A stretch of 64,000 nt of DNA from a virus, in the IMG/VR virus record IMGVR_UViG_3300010224_000001, positions 96,001 through 160,000 of that record, one strand, 5' to 3'. Position numbers and translations under genes: made by a program. Position 1 is the stretch's first letter; each line of letters starts with the position of its first letter. Shown one piece after another: positions 19,792 through 30,313 of this stretch. The notes beneath the pieces were generated by a model, which was given only the letters and a program-made list of their open reading frames with translations, had not been told where the DNA came from and did not search any database.

Positions 19792-20595
19792 ATGTTAACG
19801 ATTGATAGATTTTTGAATCAATACCCTCTGTCCATTGATAAAGTTCTTCACGACGAGCATAGTCGAGTTTGTTCTGCTTATGCGATCTTTCACGTCGCTT
19901 CAGGAAAGGTTTACGTCGGCAGCACTAGCAATACCTACTATCGACGCAAGGCGCATTTAAATCATCTTACTTGCGGTACTCATCCCAATCGTCACCTTCA
20001 GAATGCCTACAACTTAAATAAAGAATTAAAGCTCCGATTCGTTCTCACAGATACACGCGAGGAAGCATACGAGATTGAACAACGTATGATCGACGAATAC
20101 ATGAACAAAGGTATTCTCTTTAATGTAGCTAAAGATGTTCGTTATTCCGGAGTAGAGTTTAAACATAAACCTGAGACTATTGAACTTCTTCGAAAGTTAT
20201 CTACAGGTCGCAAGTTGTCAGATGAAGCTAAAAGAAAAATAGGCTTGGCTAGTAAAGGACGATCAGTAGGTCTGAAACGCAGTCCGGAAACTATCGCTAA
20301 AATGCAAGAAGCTCAAAGGAGACAACCCTCTCCTACTAAAGAGAAACTTGATCAGTTGAAAAGAATGGCGTTAATTAGCGCTCAACGACGCCTTGGAAAT
20401 AAGCTTGCTGAAAATACAATTCAAAAATGCAAACTCCACGGCCAGCGAACCGCCAAGCATGTTGAAATAGATGGTGTTACTTACAACAGCATTACAGAAG
20501 CATCAAAGGTATTAAAAGTTGAACGTTCTGTAATAAGAAACCGTATTGCAAGTAACACCCCAAAATTCCAAAATTGGAAATACGCCGAACGATAA
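19792..20595 (+). mobile_element. free-standing GIY-YIG homing endonuclease with NUMOD3/NUMOD1 motifs
   Basis: SAYAIF...KVYVGST...RR..H; HKPETIELLR, LSDEAKRKIG, RSPETIAKM repeats; IDGVTYNSITEASK. Confidence 0.85.
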
Positions 20596-23166
20596 CTATT
20601 TCATTTCCACATGCTTGTTATAAACTACACCGTCCATTAGAGCCAAGTTCCTCCGGTCCAGAACGCATATCTCAGCGGTTTCAAAGCTACCGTATGCGAT
20701 CTGGTGGTGGCTTACCATGAAGAGCTGAGTGTGATTATAGTTATCCATCAGTGATTTGATTGCGTGAGTAGCCGCGCTACGATGAGCGTCGTCAAAGGTA
20801 CGACCAAACTCATCAAGCAGAAGAGGAGCGTGTGCTAAGTGAAGATAGTTAATTGCCGTGATCTTAAACGACAGATTGACAATCTCACGAATGCCATCGC
20901 TACCTTTACTAACGTCAGGTACAATGTTGTTATAGTCACCCACTACCATCTTGAACTTATAATCCAGTTCCGTCAAATGGTCAGCATTATCGGCGTTGAA
21001 ACCAGTCGGAATAATCTTAAGCGGATAGGTCCAAATCTTCTTGATAAAGCTATTCATCTTAGCGACAAACACTTTGATGAAACCAAGCAGACCTTCTGCA
21101 ATTAAACCATTCACTGGGGACAATTCACGTTCCATCGACGCTAACGCTTCTTCTTCAACAATGAGTTCATCCACATGTTCTTGCAGCTTAGCGACAATAG
21201 CTTTCTGGGTCGTAGCTAAACGCAAAGACTCATGTTTCAAGACTAACGCTTGTTGGATTTGACCGATGCAATGGATGATACTTTCACGACGCAGTGCTTC
21301 GACATAGCCGTCTTGCAGCGTATGTGCGTGATCGTGCAACTCTTTAACTCTGTCAGCCATCTGTTGACCTGCTATCAGATGACGTCGATACTCGCTATAC
21401 TCGGAAATGGATTGTCTCAGTCTTGCAATCTGACCAGTTAAGAAACCTAGCTTACTCGAGAGAACATCCATCTCATCTTTGATGTCTTGTAGCTTAACAT
21501 CACCGACTTGTTCAGCTGCAGCCCGCAGCTTAGAGATCTCGTCCATCTTAAGCAGAATCTCATGCGCTTGAACTTCATACTCGAGATCACGCTGAAAGAT
21601 TCTGACTTGGTTGAAAGCTTCCTTAGGAACATCTGTGACAAACTTGCTTTCCATCAGATGTAACCAGAACGGTTCAAGGATTGCGACATTCCGCACAAAT
21701 CCCATGAACTCACGATACTGGTTAAAGTAAGATTCCATCTCTCGAGTTTCTTCACGATTCTTTTCGAGTTGTTTCGTCAGATCGTCTTCTACCTTACCTA
21801 AGCGAGCAATGATTTCCTTAGCACGAGCATACTCATCTTCACGAATACCAGCAACCCAGCCATGACCACATTCAGGGCAAGTCATCTTACCCGAGCGACG
21901 ATGATGGTCAGCATGCTCGACTTGAGCTTGTAGCTTAGTCATCTCGTCTTTGGCATTGGCACGCTTAGTTTCTAACTCAACTGTCGACTCTTGCAATACC
22001 CGCATGCGTTCACGTCCGTAACGACGATCAGCATTGGCTGGTATATTTTCAAGCAACTCTTGAAGATTCGGCAGAATCGATTCAAATGCTTTCAATGCAG
22101 CAGTAGGATTCTCGATATCGATCCGAAGCTTACGACGCTCAAGTAAACTCAAACGTTCCACTTCTAACGCTTGGAATTGCTTAGCCAAGTTTTGCACGCC
22201 ATCTTGACCAGCTTTGAGAAGCACCTCGTAGTTATTGTTGAGCTTATTGAACTGTTCAGTGCATTGGTGTACAACGGCTTCACTCGCCACCAAACGATTC
22301 TTCAGTTCGCTAATCCCACCATCGACTTCTTCAATCGACTTGAATGATGTACGGCGTGGTTCGCCCCATTCGTCCCGCAGAATCTCACCGTCTGCAAACA
22401 GTAATGGAGCGATGATCTTGTTACGCAATAAGCGCATCGAGATATCTTCAAGCTCACGCAGTACACGAGTCTTCCTGTCCTCAAAGCTTTGTACCGGCGC
22501 TTCCAAAGGCATCCGCTCTGCATTGAGGATATTTAATTCTTCTTGTAGTTCAGAGACTTCCTTTTGCAGACGCACTTCTTCGTCTTGCGAAATGATCTTG
22601 GCTGTCTCCACTACCAAGTGTGCATTGTTGCGTTTTAAGGCACCGGCAGTTTCACGATGACGTGTACGAATCTTATCGTAAGCCTTCATCGCAAAATCAT
22701 AATCGGCTACAGACAACCTGGTAATCCACTCACGTCGTGCAGTAGGACCCATCTCGGTAAACTTATCCGCATCCCGCATCAGGTCATGGATTTGCTTATC
22801 CATGTGAAAGATCTCTCTGATCTTTTCCATCTGCACAGGCAGCGTGCCGCCAGGGTTTAACTCTACATGTTCGTCACCCACAACTTTAACAAAGCTGTGC
22901 TTATTCGGATGGAAGTAATTAGTGAGAATGTATTTAACGTTGTCTAAAATAGCAACGAAGCGTTTAGAACCACCTTTCAAGAAGTCATTCTTATCTCCAG
23001 GCATCGGAGACATCTCTGACAGGATGGAACTCTTACCACTACCATTGGTGCCAAGAATGATTTGAATCATCTCATGCGGAGTAATGGTGAACTCGCGGAT
23101 GTCGTTAAGCATCAGGCGTTTATAGCCGACTAACGTGAGTGATTCGTAAAATAGTTTATGGGACAT
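20596..23166 (-). CDS. sbcC: SbcC/Rad50-like SMC ATPase (phiKZ gp165-like)
   Basis: Walker A GTNGSGKS, zinc hook CPECG, long coiled coils, LLLDEFGRTFD Walker B/D-loop, MVSH. Confidence 0.9.
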   Translation of the reverse strand: MSHKLFYESLTLVGYKRLMLNDIREFTITPHEMIQIILGTNGSGKSSILSEMSPMPGDKNDFLKGGSKRFVAILDNVKYILTNYFHPNKHSFVKVVGDEHVELNPGGTLPVQMEKIREIFHMDKQIHDLMRDADKFTEMGPTARREWITRLSVADYDFAMKAYDKIRTRHRETAGALKRNNAHLVVETAKIISQDEEVRLQKEVSELQEELNILNAERMPLEAPVQSFEDRKTRVLRELEDISMRLLRNKIIAPLLFADGEILRDEWGEPRRTSFKSIEEVDGGISELKNRLVASEAVVHQCTEQFNKLNNNYEVLLKAGQDGVQNLAKQFQALEVERLSLLERRKLRIDIENPTAALKAFESILPNLQELLENIPANADRRYGRERMRVLQESTVELETKRANAKDEMTKLQAQVEHADHHRRSGKMTCPECGHGWVAGIREDEYARAKEIIARLGKVEDDLTKQLEKNREETREMESYFNQYREFMGFVRNVAILEPFWLHLMESKFVTDVPKEAFNQVRIFQRDLEYEVQAHEILLKMDEISKLRAAAEQVGDVKLQDIKDEMDVLSSKLGFLTGQIARLRQSISEYSEYRRHLIAGQQMADRVKELHDHAHTLQDGYVEALRRESIIHCIGQIQQALVLKHESLRLATTQKAIVAKLQEHVDELIVEEEALASMERELSPVNGLIAEGLLGFIKVFVAKMNSFIKKIWTYPLKIIPTGFNADNADHLTELDYKFKMVVGDYNNIVPDVSKGSDGIREIVNLSFKITAINYLHLAHAPLLLDEFGRTFDDAHRSAATHAIKSLMDNYNHTQLFMVSHHQIAYGSFETAEICVLDRRNLALMDGVVYNKHVEMK

Positions 23167-23242
23167 GTTTGTCTTTTCATGAGAGACTTCTTCAGAACAT
23201 ATTGAAGCCGCGTCTTTTTTGACTTATCGTTAGGATAACCCT

Positions 23243-24145
23243 ATGAAAGTATCACAACTTAAACCTTATTCCATCGGAATTGTCGCTGAGAATAAGCCGC
23301 TTAACAGTAAGATGGTAGACGTGGTTCCTAGCGAAGACGTACCTTTTGTCAATGGTGAACTTAACTCAGATACGAAGAACGATACAGTTGATTCATCTGA
23401 TCAAGCAGGCAGTAGCTACCAGGTATCCTTAACTTCAGCCAATGTGGTGAAAGCTGAGTGGTTACCAATGGGTGGAAGTAACCGTGTGACCGCGCCTGAT
23501 GTACGGCGTGGTGAAACCGTTGTATTGTATCGTTTTGCGGATGTCGATAAGTTTTACTGGATAACACTTAAAGACGATATGAATCTGCGTAAGTTAGAAA
23601 CTGTGATTTACGCATTTAGCGCGACACAAGATGAAAGTTCTACTGAAGTAGGTCCGGATACTTACTACTATTTAGAAGTATCGACTCACCGTAAGTTGAT
23701 TCACTTTCATACTACCAAAGCCAATAAAGAACCATTCGGTTACGATATTCAAATCAATACGGCTGAAGGCTTTATTAAGTTTCAAGATGATGCGGGCAAC
23801 TTTATTATTCTTGATTCAAAAGAAAAGCAAATTGCAGCGAAGAATACCGATGGTTCTTACATCGATCTTAATAAGAAGAACCTTACCATTAGTGTGCCTG
23901 AAACAGTAAAGATCATTTCCAAAGATCTTATCCATGAGATCGCAGAAACGATTACCACCGGCGCTGGTAAGAGCATCACGGAAAACACCAAAGACCACAC
24001 CACGAATGCGAGCGGTGCTCTGAAGGAACAAGCAGGTAGCATTGATGTGAATTCCAGCAGTACGCTGAATGAGACTGCTAGCGGTACAATTATGATTAAT
24101 GGTAATGGTGTGACGATTACTAAGGGTGTTAAACTCTTAGGTTAA
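23243..24145 (+). CDS. baseplate central spike protein (gp5/gpV-like; phiKZ gp164-like)
   Basis: OB-fold-like N-terminus (WLP...PDVRRGETVVL), beta-helix-like C-terminal repeats, followed by a PAAR gene. Confidence 0.75.
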   Translation: MKVSQLKPYSIGIVAENKPLNSKMVDVVPSEDVPFVNGELNSDTKNDTVDSSDQAGSSYQVSLTSANVVKAEWLPMGGSNRVTAPDVRRGETVVLYRFADVDKFYWITLKDDMNLRKLETVIYAFSATQDESSTEVGPDTYYYLEVSTHRKLIHFHTTKANKEPFGYDIQINTAEGFIKFQDDAGNFIILDSKEKQIAAKNTDGSYIDLNKKNLTISVPETVKIISKDLIHEIAETITTGAGKSITENTKDHTTNASGALKEQAGSIDVNSSSTLNETASGTIMINGNGVTITKGVKLLG

Positions 24146-24156
24146 GGACGAATAGC

Positions 24157-24417
24157 ATGAAACAAATTGTTTGTTTAGGCGACACCAGCGATCACGGTGG
24201 TGTAATGGTGACTGCGACTGGTAACTTTACAGCGAACGGCATAGAAGGTTGTGTCCATGGTGATATGCATCAATGTCCCATTCAAGGACACGGTACAACG
24301 CCAGTCACCTCTACCTCCAGCAGTCAAGCCGAAGGTAGAGGTCTTTTGCGTACAGGTGATCAAGCGGGATGCGGTGCAACAATTATAACGGGTGCTTCTG
24401 GCATCGAATCTGACTAA
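24157..24417 (+). CDS. PAAR-repeat spike tip protein
   Basis: LGDTSDHGG, HGDMHQCPIQGHG, RTGDQAGCGATI. Confidence 0.9.
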   Translation: MKQIVCLGDTSDHGGVMVTATGNFTANGIEGCVHGDMHQCPIQGHGTTPVTSTSSSQAEGRGLLRTGDQAGCGATIITGASGIESD

Positions 24418-24452
24418 ACTAAAGAGAGGGTAATTCCTCTCTTTTGTGACGT

Positions 24453-25688
24453 TTAGATGTCAGTACCGATTAATAAGAAATGTGCATGCGCGTTACGTGA
24501 AGGTAAAGCAATCACTTTACTTTCTGACACACCTTCTAAGTCTTGCGCAGCAGCCGTAGTATACACACGACGTTTACGAGCTGTCTCATTCATGTGAATC
24601 GAATACTGGCCATCTTCGACCCGATACCAGTATGCTTCATGACGACCAGCTCCCACGACTGTAGGATAGATCGGTTTCGTAAAGCTCGTGTAGACGCCAG
24701 CATACGGACTCGTGCGTAAGTACTGTTCTTCCGTAAAGATGTCAGGATTGTCAAGCACAACAAAGAACGAATTCTCTAACGTCAAGTAACGCTTTAAGAC
24801 ATCATCGCTATAAATGTCTTCCACACTGATCTGTGAAGTATTCGCCTTGGTTGACTGTAATTGTAACGATGACAGATCTAAGATCTCATACGACTCGTAG
24901 TATCGTTCAATTAAAGGCAAGTTACTAAAGTCAAGACTAAACGCTGACGGACTGACGCGGAAGAATGTGGTTTTATCTAACACATGCAAGTAACCACCTA
25001 ACACCAACATGACTGCTTTGTTAGAGAGATCAACGCCAGTGTCAATATAACAGTTAGCGCTCAACGATTGCAGGTTCGATTGTTTATAGATCATATCGGT
25101 AGTGATCGGAATAAACGATAACTTACCTAATGATTCGAAATTCAGAATGCCGAGTTCATTCCGATTAGCCCGTCTTGCCGTTTTCATACCGTTGACAACG
25201 AAGGCGCCATCAGCACTGTAGTCCGTCTTATGGTAGAAACCATTCACAGAGACTAAACAGCTTTCGTAGAAGTGCTGGTAAACCACACCATCTTTAGTTA
25301 AGCGTAACCAATCCTTGTCACCGTTAGGAATATCCGCTGTAAATGAATAAGCGGGATTGATTGGTTCAATCGAATAACCTGCATGGAAACCATCAGCATA
25401 ACGTGCAAAGCGTGTATTGATTACCGGAATGGTATCATACGTCGGCAAAGTCGCACTGCCGTTTTCTACTAAGAACTCATTGAACGTTAACGGACTCGCG
25501 CCAAAGGTAGGGCGAATCATTTCAATGTTGAAACTCACATTGTGATCAAGGAAGTTGTTCGACAACGTAACGATGACTTTACGAAACTGGGAGAATATCT
25601 GGTTCAAGGGAAGATTCCCAATATCTAGATCAGTCCATCGACCATCTCCCGATAATGGTTTTACGATAGCAGAAACAAATTGGTACAT
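24453..25688 (-). CDS. probable virion structural protein
   Basis: 411 aa ORF between spike and tail-fibre genes. Confidence 0.6.
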   Translation of the reverse strand: MYQFVSAIVKPLSGDGRWTDLDIGNLPLNQIFSQFRKVIVTLSNNFLDHNVSFNIEMIRPTFGASPLTFNEFLVENGSATLPTYDTIPVINTRFARYADGFHAGYSIEPINPAYSFTADIPNGDKDWLRLTKDGVVYQHFYESCLVSVNGFYHKTDYSADGAFVVNGMKTARRANRNELGILNFESLGKLSFIPITTDMIYKQSNLQSLSANCYIDTGVDLSNKAVMLVLGGYLHVLDKTTFFRVSPSAFSLDFSNLPLIERYYESYEILDLSSLQLQSTKANTSQISVEDIYSDDVLKRYLTLENSFFVVLDNPDIFTEEQYLRTSPYAGVYTSFTKPIYPTVVGAGRHEAYWYRVEDGQYSIHMNETARKRRVYTTAAAQDLEGVSESKVIALPSRNAHAHFLLIGTDI

Positions 25689-25784
25689 GAGATTTTTACC
25701 TTTACCAGTAGGGAAAAGCTACGAGATAATATAGCTAGTTGGACTTAACATATCATATCCTTACCCAAGGAAGGTGCATTACAA

Positions 25785-27026
25785 ATGACAACCGTTATTA
25801 CAAGCCCGGCTTATCCGGTCGATTATAGCGGCAGAAATGCTGCTAATTTAATCACAAACGAACAACAAGTTCTCACTGGTGTAACCGGACATGACTACTA
25901 TTTCATCATTCCGAGATATGCACCTTACTTTGAGAGTTCTTTAACAATTTCATTCAAAGCATTAAGCGGCGAAGTACGTGTCTTAAAATCTGGTATTGAT
26001 TACTACCCGACGCACTACTTCTTAGGCGCATCCCGTGCTTGTGCTTCCCAGATTTACAGCTCTATCACTTTCTTGAATCAAGCCTTAGTGGGTACGGTTA
26101 CGATGTCGTATCAAACCTTGGGTGGCGAGTGGGTGGAAGATACCGGTACTATTGCTGAAGTCTTAGCGGACCGTGTTCGCAATCCTCGCATCACGACTTG
26201 GGAGCAGGTGGTAGACCTGCCTGGTTTATTCCCTGTGGTCGATCACGCTTGGAATCTGGTTGACATGGTGGGTATGTCGGCTGTTGTGGATGCCTTAGGT
26301 CGAGTCAGTGATGCGATTGCGAATGCTGCTAGCGCATTGGCTGTGCAACACTTAAACGATATCAGCAACCCGCACAAGGTCACGGCTGAGCAAGTTGGTG
26401 CGGTTACGCCTTCTCAGCTGACTGCTGCGGTTAGTAGCGCTTTAGCTGAGGCAGGTGCTGCGAATACCGATAACTTAACTGAAGGTACGAGGAATCTGTT
26501 CTTTACTGAAGCCCGTGTGCTCGGTACCGATCTGGCTTCTTTACCTGACGCTGGTCAAAATATTGCGATTACTAAAACCGATACCATTATCTCGGCTTTG
26601 GCAAATCTGCAAGCTCAGCAAGTTGCTGCTAACTCAAGTATTGCTAAATGCGCCCCCTCAGCTAATCCGACCTTTACCGGCTTGACAGCAGAACATTTAG
26701 AAACCATCAGTGCCACGACGGCATTAACGAGTCTGGATTTATCTCAAGCGTCTGCATGGTTAATAAATATTAACGTTAGTACTAGTATAGCGTTTAATCT
26801 GAACAACGTTAAGAATGCAACCGGTAATGTGCTCGAATTTGCCATCACTACGATTAACGGTGCAACGGGTAATCAAGCGATCTCTTGGCCGAGTAGTGTG
26901 CGTTGGGCAGATGGCGTAACACCACCGCGTACAGTTGCTGCGTATGCTCGTGACGAGTATTATTTCTATTCCATCGACGGTGGCGCGACATGGGTTGGTT
27001 CGCTTTCGAATCTCAACGTTAAGTAA
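25785..27026 (+). CDS. tail fibre anchor/adaptor protein 1
   Basis: N-terminal YPVDYSGRNAANLITNE domain of phiKZ-like fibre anchors; HLNDISNPHKVT motif; C-terminal WPSSVRWADG..DEYYFYSIDGG domain. Confidence 0.75.
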   Translation: MTTVITSPAYPVDYSGRNAANLITNEQQVLTGVTGHDYYFIIPRYAPYFESSLTISFKALSGEVRVLKSGIDYYPTHYFLGASRACASQIYSSITFLNQALVGTVTMSYQTLGGEWVEDTGTIAEVLADRVRNPRITTWEQVVDLPGLFPVVDHAWNLVDMVGMSAVVDALGRVSDAIANAASALAVQHLNDISNPHKVTAEQVGAVTPSQLTAAVSSALAEAGAANTDNLTEGTRNLFFTEARVLGTDLASLPDAGQNIAITKTDTIISALANLQAQQVAANSSIAKCAPSANPTFTGLTAEHLETISATTALTSLDLSQASAWLININVSTSIAFNLNNVKNATGNVLEFAITTINGATGNQAISWPSSVRWADGVTPPRTVAAYARDEYYFYSIDGGATWVGSLSNLNVK

Positions 27027-27042
27027 GTAAAGGTAGAGTGCT

Positions 27043-28722
27043 ATGTCGAGACTCGTAAAACGGCTTCGGCGTGAACCTACAACGCCGGGCATAAAGGCAG
27101 GTCAACAGATCTTTAACTCACCGGGTGCATACCAGCCGAAGTTTGGTAAGGTTAAGGTCTACGTATCAGGACGCGGTGAGAGTGGTAACTCACCTACTCC
27201 TGGTACAATTGCTAACTACAATCCGCCAACCCCAGGCAATTATGTTAGTACGAACCCTTCATCGGGTGGCACCTACGCAGGAACCAATCCGAGCACGGGT
27301 GGCAATTACGCAAATACGAATCCAAGTACTGGCGGTAATATCGTTGGGTATAACTCACCCACTCCCGGTAACTACGCTGGTACTAATCCGCCTACTGCTG
27401 GTAATGTTGCTGGTTACAATCCGGCGTCACCTGGTTACACAGTAACGACACCTGGTAACTATGTTCCAGGTAATCCTTACACGAACCCGTATTACTCACC
27501 AGCGGTGCCAGGGACTGCGTATTACAATCCTTCGATTACTACACCTGGTTATTACGTAGCGCCTTCGTATCAAGAGCTGAACATTGCTATGACACAGACG
27601 TGTCCGGTAGGTTGGGTGACTGGGTATGACTATGACGACAACGGTCATCCGTTTAAAGTCTGTGATGTGTATACAGCAGGATATACCAACACCCCAACCA
27701 CAACACCAGGCAATTACGCAGGTACTAACCCGACAACCCCTGCTGTGTATTATCCTGGTAATTATAACCCTGGTACTTACACTCCGGGTAATTACGTTCC
27801 GGGCACATCCAATCCTGGCACGTATAGTCCAGGTAACGCCAATACCGCTTATAGTAACCAAGGAACGTATACGCCAGGTAACTATGTAGCGGCAACGAAT
27901 AATCCTGGAACATACACCCCTGGTAATACCAATACGGCGTACACGGCTCCTGGTAACACCGTTCCAGGCTATCAAGATGTAATGGATGGTACGGCAGCAG
28001 GTGCGTGTCCAGCTGGATGGACAACTTGGACAACGTGGCAAGCTGATGGTGCAGAAGGTCCGTTCTTAACGTGCACGATTACGTATAGCCCTTACACGAA
28101 TCCGCCGACGTATGTGCCTGCATCGACTAACCCTGGTACGTATACACCGGGGAATACGAATACAGCATATACCAACAACGGCAGTTATACGCCTGGTAAC
28201 TATGTTGCGTCGTACACCAACCCGGCAACATACACACCTGGGAATACGAATACAGGTTATACTAACCCAGGTACATACACACCTGGAAATATTACGGGCG
28301 CTTACACCAATCCTTCTACGGTGTATTATCAGTCAGGTACACCTGGTTATGCCAACTATAACCCGAGTACGCCAGGTAATATGTATTACAACCCGACAAC
28401 TCCTGGTACGGCTATTTATAGCCCGACTGTTCCTGGCACCGCCAATTACAATCCAGTGGTTCCGGGGAATGCATTCTATAACCCGATTGTTCCGGGGACT
28501 GCTAATTATAATCCAGCAACTCCTGGTACAGCGAATTATAATCCTACGATTCCTGGTAACGTAGGTAGAACATACTCCACGCTTGGAGTCACCTTCCCTG
28601 GCGGACCTGTGGGGCAACCTGCGCCGCAAGTGGGTGACACCTTAACCACGATTGCTTACTCAAATACTGCAGTGCCTGTTGAAGTGCGCTACGGTGGAGT
28701 GGTTATCGTCAAAGAACAATAA
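27043..28722 (+). CDS. Pro/Gly/Asn/Thr/Tyr-rich repeat fibre protein 1 (putative receptor-binding protein)
   Basis: 10-, 11- and 5-residue PG/NP repeats with two CPxGW...C inserts; paralog of 32722..34284. Confidence 0.7.
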   Translation: MSRLVKRLRREPTTPGIKAGQQIFNSPGAYQPKFGKVKVYVSGRGESGNSPTPGTIANYNPPTPGNYVSTNPSSGGTYAGTNPSTGGNYANTNPSTGGNIVGYNSPTPGNYAGTNPPTAGNVAGYNPASPGYTVTTPGNYVPGNPYTNPYYSPAVPGTAYYNPSITTPGYYVAPSYQELNIAMTQTCPVGWVTGYDYDDNGHPFKVCDVYTAGYTNTPTTTPGNYAGTNPTTPAVYYPGNYNPGTYTPGNYVPGTSNPGTYSPGNANTAYSNQGTYTPGNYVAATNNPGTYTPGNTNTAYTAPGNTVPGYQDVMDGTAAGACPAGWTTWTTWQADGAEGPFLTCTITYSPYTNPPTYVPASTNPGTYTPGNTNTAYTNNGSYTPGNYVASYTNPATYTPGNTNTGYTNPGTYTPGNITGAYTNPSTVYYQSGTPGYANYNPSTPGNMYYNPTTPGTAIYSPTVPGTANYNPVVPGNAFYNPIVPGTANYNPATPGTANYNPTIPGNVGRTYSTLGVTFPGGPVGQPAPQVGDTLTTIAYSNTAVPVEVRYGGVVIVKEQ

Positions 28723-28762
28723 GAGTCAATCTTATTTTTAGTCTTTTACCTTCTCTTAAGGA

Positions 28763-29398
28763 ATGGCAGTCATGATTCAACATTATCCTCTTCCCGATTA
28801 CTCGCCGGTTACTGAATTCTTTTGCATCTTAGAAGGTGCATTTTCAGCAGAACAGGTCGGTCAAATCATCACTCACGCTGAAACGCAAGACTTCTATGCG
28901 AAGAGCCGTGGTGGTGGCGGTAGCAAGGAAGGGACGGTGGGCGATGGTCGTGTTGATCCAAACATTCGTAAATCAGAAGTGACGTTCTTGGAAATTAACC
29001 AAGGTACGGAAGGTCTGTTTGAACACGTGGGTCAAGTTGCAGGTCGTGTTAACTATGATAAGTTCCGTATGGATCTTGACTTTATCGAGGCCCTGCAGTT
29101 TACTCGATACAAGGAAGATGGTGGACATTATCACTGGCACATCGATTCGCATCAAAACGATCAACGCACGCTGCACCGTAAGCTCTCGCTGGTGATCATG
29201 TTAACTGATCCTGACGAATACGAAGGTGGTGATCTGTTGTTGAATAACAACGGCAATCAAGATCATCCGACTGTGATTCGTGCTAAGAAAGGTGACGCAA
29301 TCTTCTTCTATTCGAACATCCCGCATACCGTTACTCCAGTGACGAAGGGGGAACGGCTGTCTCTGGTATCGTGGTTCCTGGGTCCGAAAGTTCGTTAA
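28763..29398 (+). CDS. 2OG-Fe(II) oxygenase, prolyl-4-hydroxylase/PKHD type
   Basis: YHWHID, RKLSLV, YEGGDL, PHTVTPVTKGERLSLVSW (HxD...H...R). Confidence 0.9.
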   Translation: MAVMIQHYPLPDYSPVTEFFCILEGAFSAEQVGQIITHAETQDFYAKSRGGGGSKEGTVGDGRVDPNIRKSEVTFLEINQGTEGLFEHVGQVAGRVNYDKFRMDLDFIEALQFTRYKEDGGHYHWHIDSHQNDQRTLHRKLSLVIMLTDPDEYEGGDLLLNNNGNQDHPTVIRAKKGDAIFFYSNIPHTVTPVTKGERLSLVSWFLGPKVR

Positions 29399-29407
29399 GG
29401 AGACGCT

Positions 29408-30307
29408 ATGAAAATTAGCAATAGTGCTCTGAAACGCGTTCTGACTCCGGAACGTTTAGCTGAACTTAATTTGCGGCCAGCTGAACTTTCCAACGAAGAT
29501 ATTCTGGCTCTCTTAACGCCTGAAAAGCAAGCAGAGTTAAATCTGCGCGCCCCGCGAGAAACAGATGAGAATTACGATCATATTCCTCTGATCGAATTCT
29601 TCTGTGAGTCACATCTCTTTGATGTGATTCCTAAACCCGTGCAAGCGTTTAAGAAGATTGCCAAGTGGTTTACCCATTCTCCCGCGCATCTGAAGTTAGA
29701 AGACAATCCACCCCGTGATCATTTCGGTGCCGGAGTGATGACCGTGAAAAGCTGCTTACCGCTACTTGACGGTATGTCACTGGGTTACGTGATTTCAACT
29801 GCTGCTGACTTTACAGTTCGTACCGGACCGAAAGGTTCAGATCTGTTTGAGATCATTAACCCACCACTGTTGTCGATGGCAGGTACGCACAATCCTATTC
29901 AATTAGGTGGTGCAAAGAATAGCCCTACCGGACCTCGTCCGTTAATCAAGTTTCATAATCCTTGGGTTGTCAAGACACGTCCAGGTTGGTCCACCCTGTT
30001 TGTTCCTGTGTTAAACCACATGGAGAAACGTTGGACCTGTCTGGCTGCGGCGGTCGATACTGACACGTATCCCAAACAAGTCAACTTCCCAGCAGTCTTC
30101 CATGCAGATAACTTCGATGAAGTCATTCCTGCTGGTACTCCGCTGATGGTAGCTATCCCATATCGTCGTCAATTTGTCGAGCGTGATATCAATGTTCGCA
30201 CGATGACGAAAGAAGAACAGGATGAAATCTCGCGCATCACTCGGGTGCAAGATTCTCGTTCCCATTACTATACTTCCGAACTGCGTGAGTCCGGAAAGAA
30301 GGACTGA
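29408..30307 (+). CDS. DUF6065-like protein A
   Basis: KSCLPLLDGMSLGY...NPWVVKTRPGWS...VDTD...IPAGTPLMVAIPYRR. Confidence 0.6.
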   Translation: MKISNSALKRVLTPERLAELNLRPAELSNEDILALLTPEKQAELNLRAPRETDENYDHIPLIEFFCESHLFDVIPKPVQAFKKIAKWFTHSPAHLKLEDNPPRDHFGAGVMTVKSCLPLLDGMSLGYVISTAADFTVRTGPKGSDLFEIINPPLLSMAGTHNPIQLGGAKNSPTGPRPLIKFHNPWVVKTRPGWSTLFVPVLNHMEKRWTCLAAAVDTDTYPKQVNFPAVFHADNFDEVIPAGTPLMVAIPYRRQFVERDINVRTMTKEEQDEISRITRVQDSRSHYYTSELRESGKKD

Positions 30308-30313
30308 AAACAA

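Noticed and set aside
27180-28560. DNA repeats considered as a CRISPR-like or non-coding array
   Set aside because: Units vary at synonymous positions and stay in frame; they are protein repeats, and no cas genes are seen
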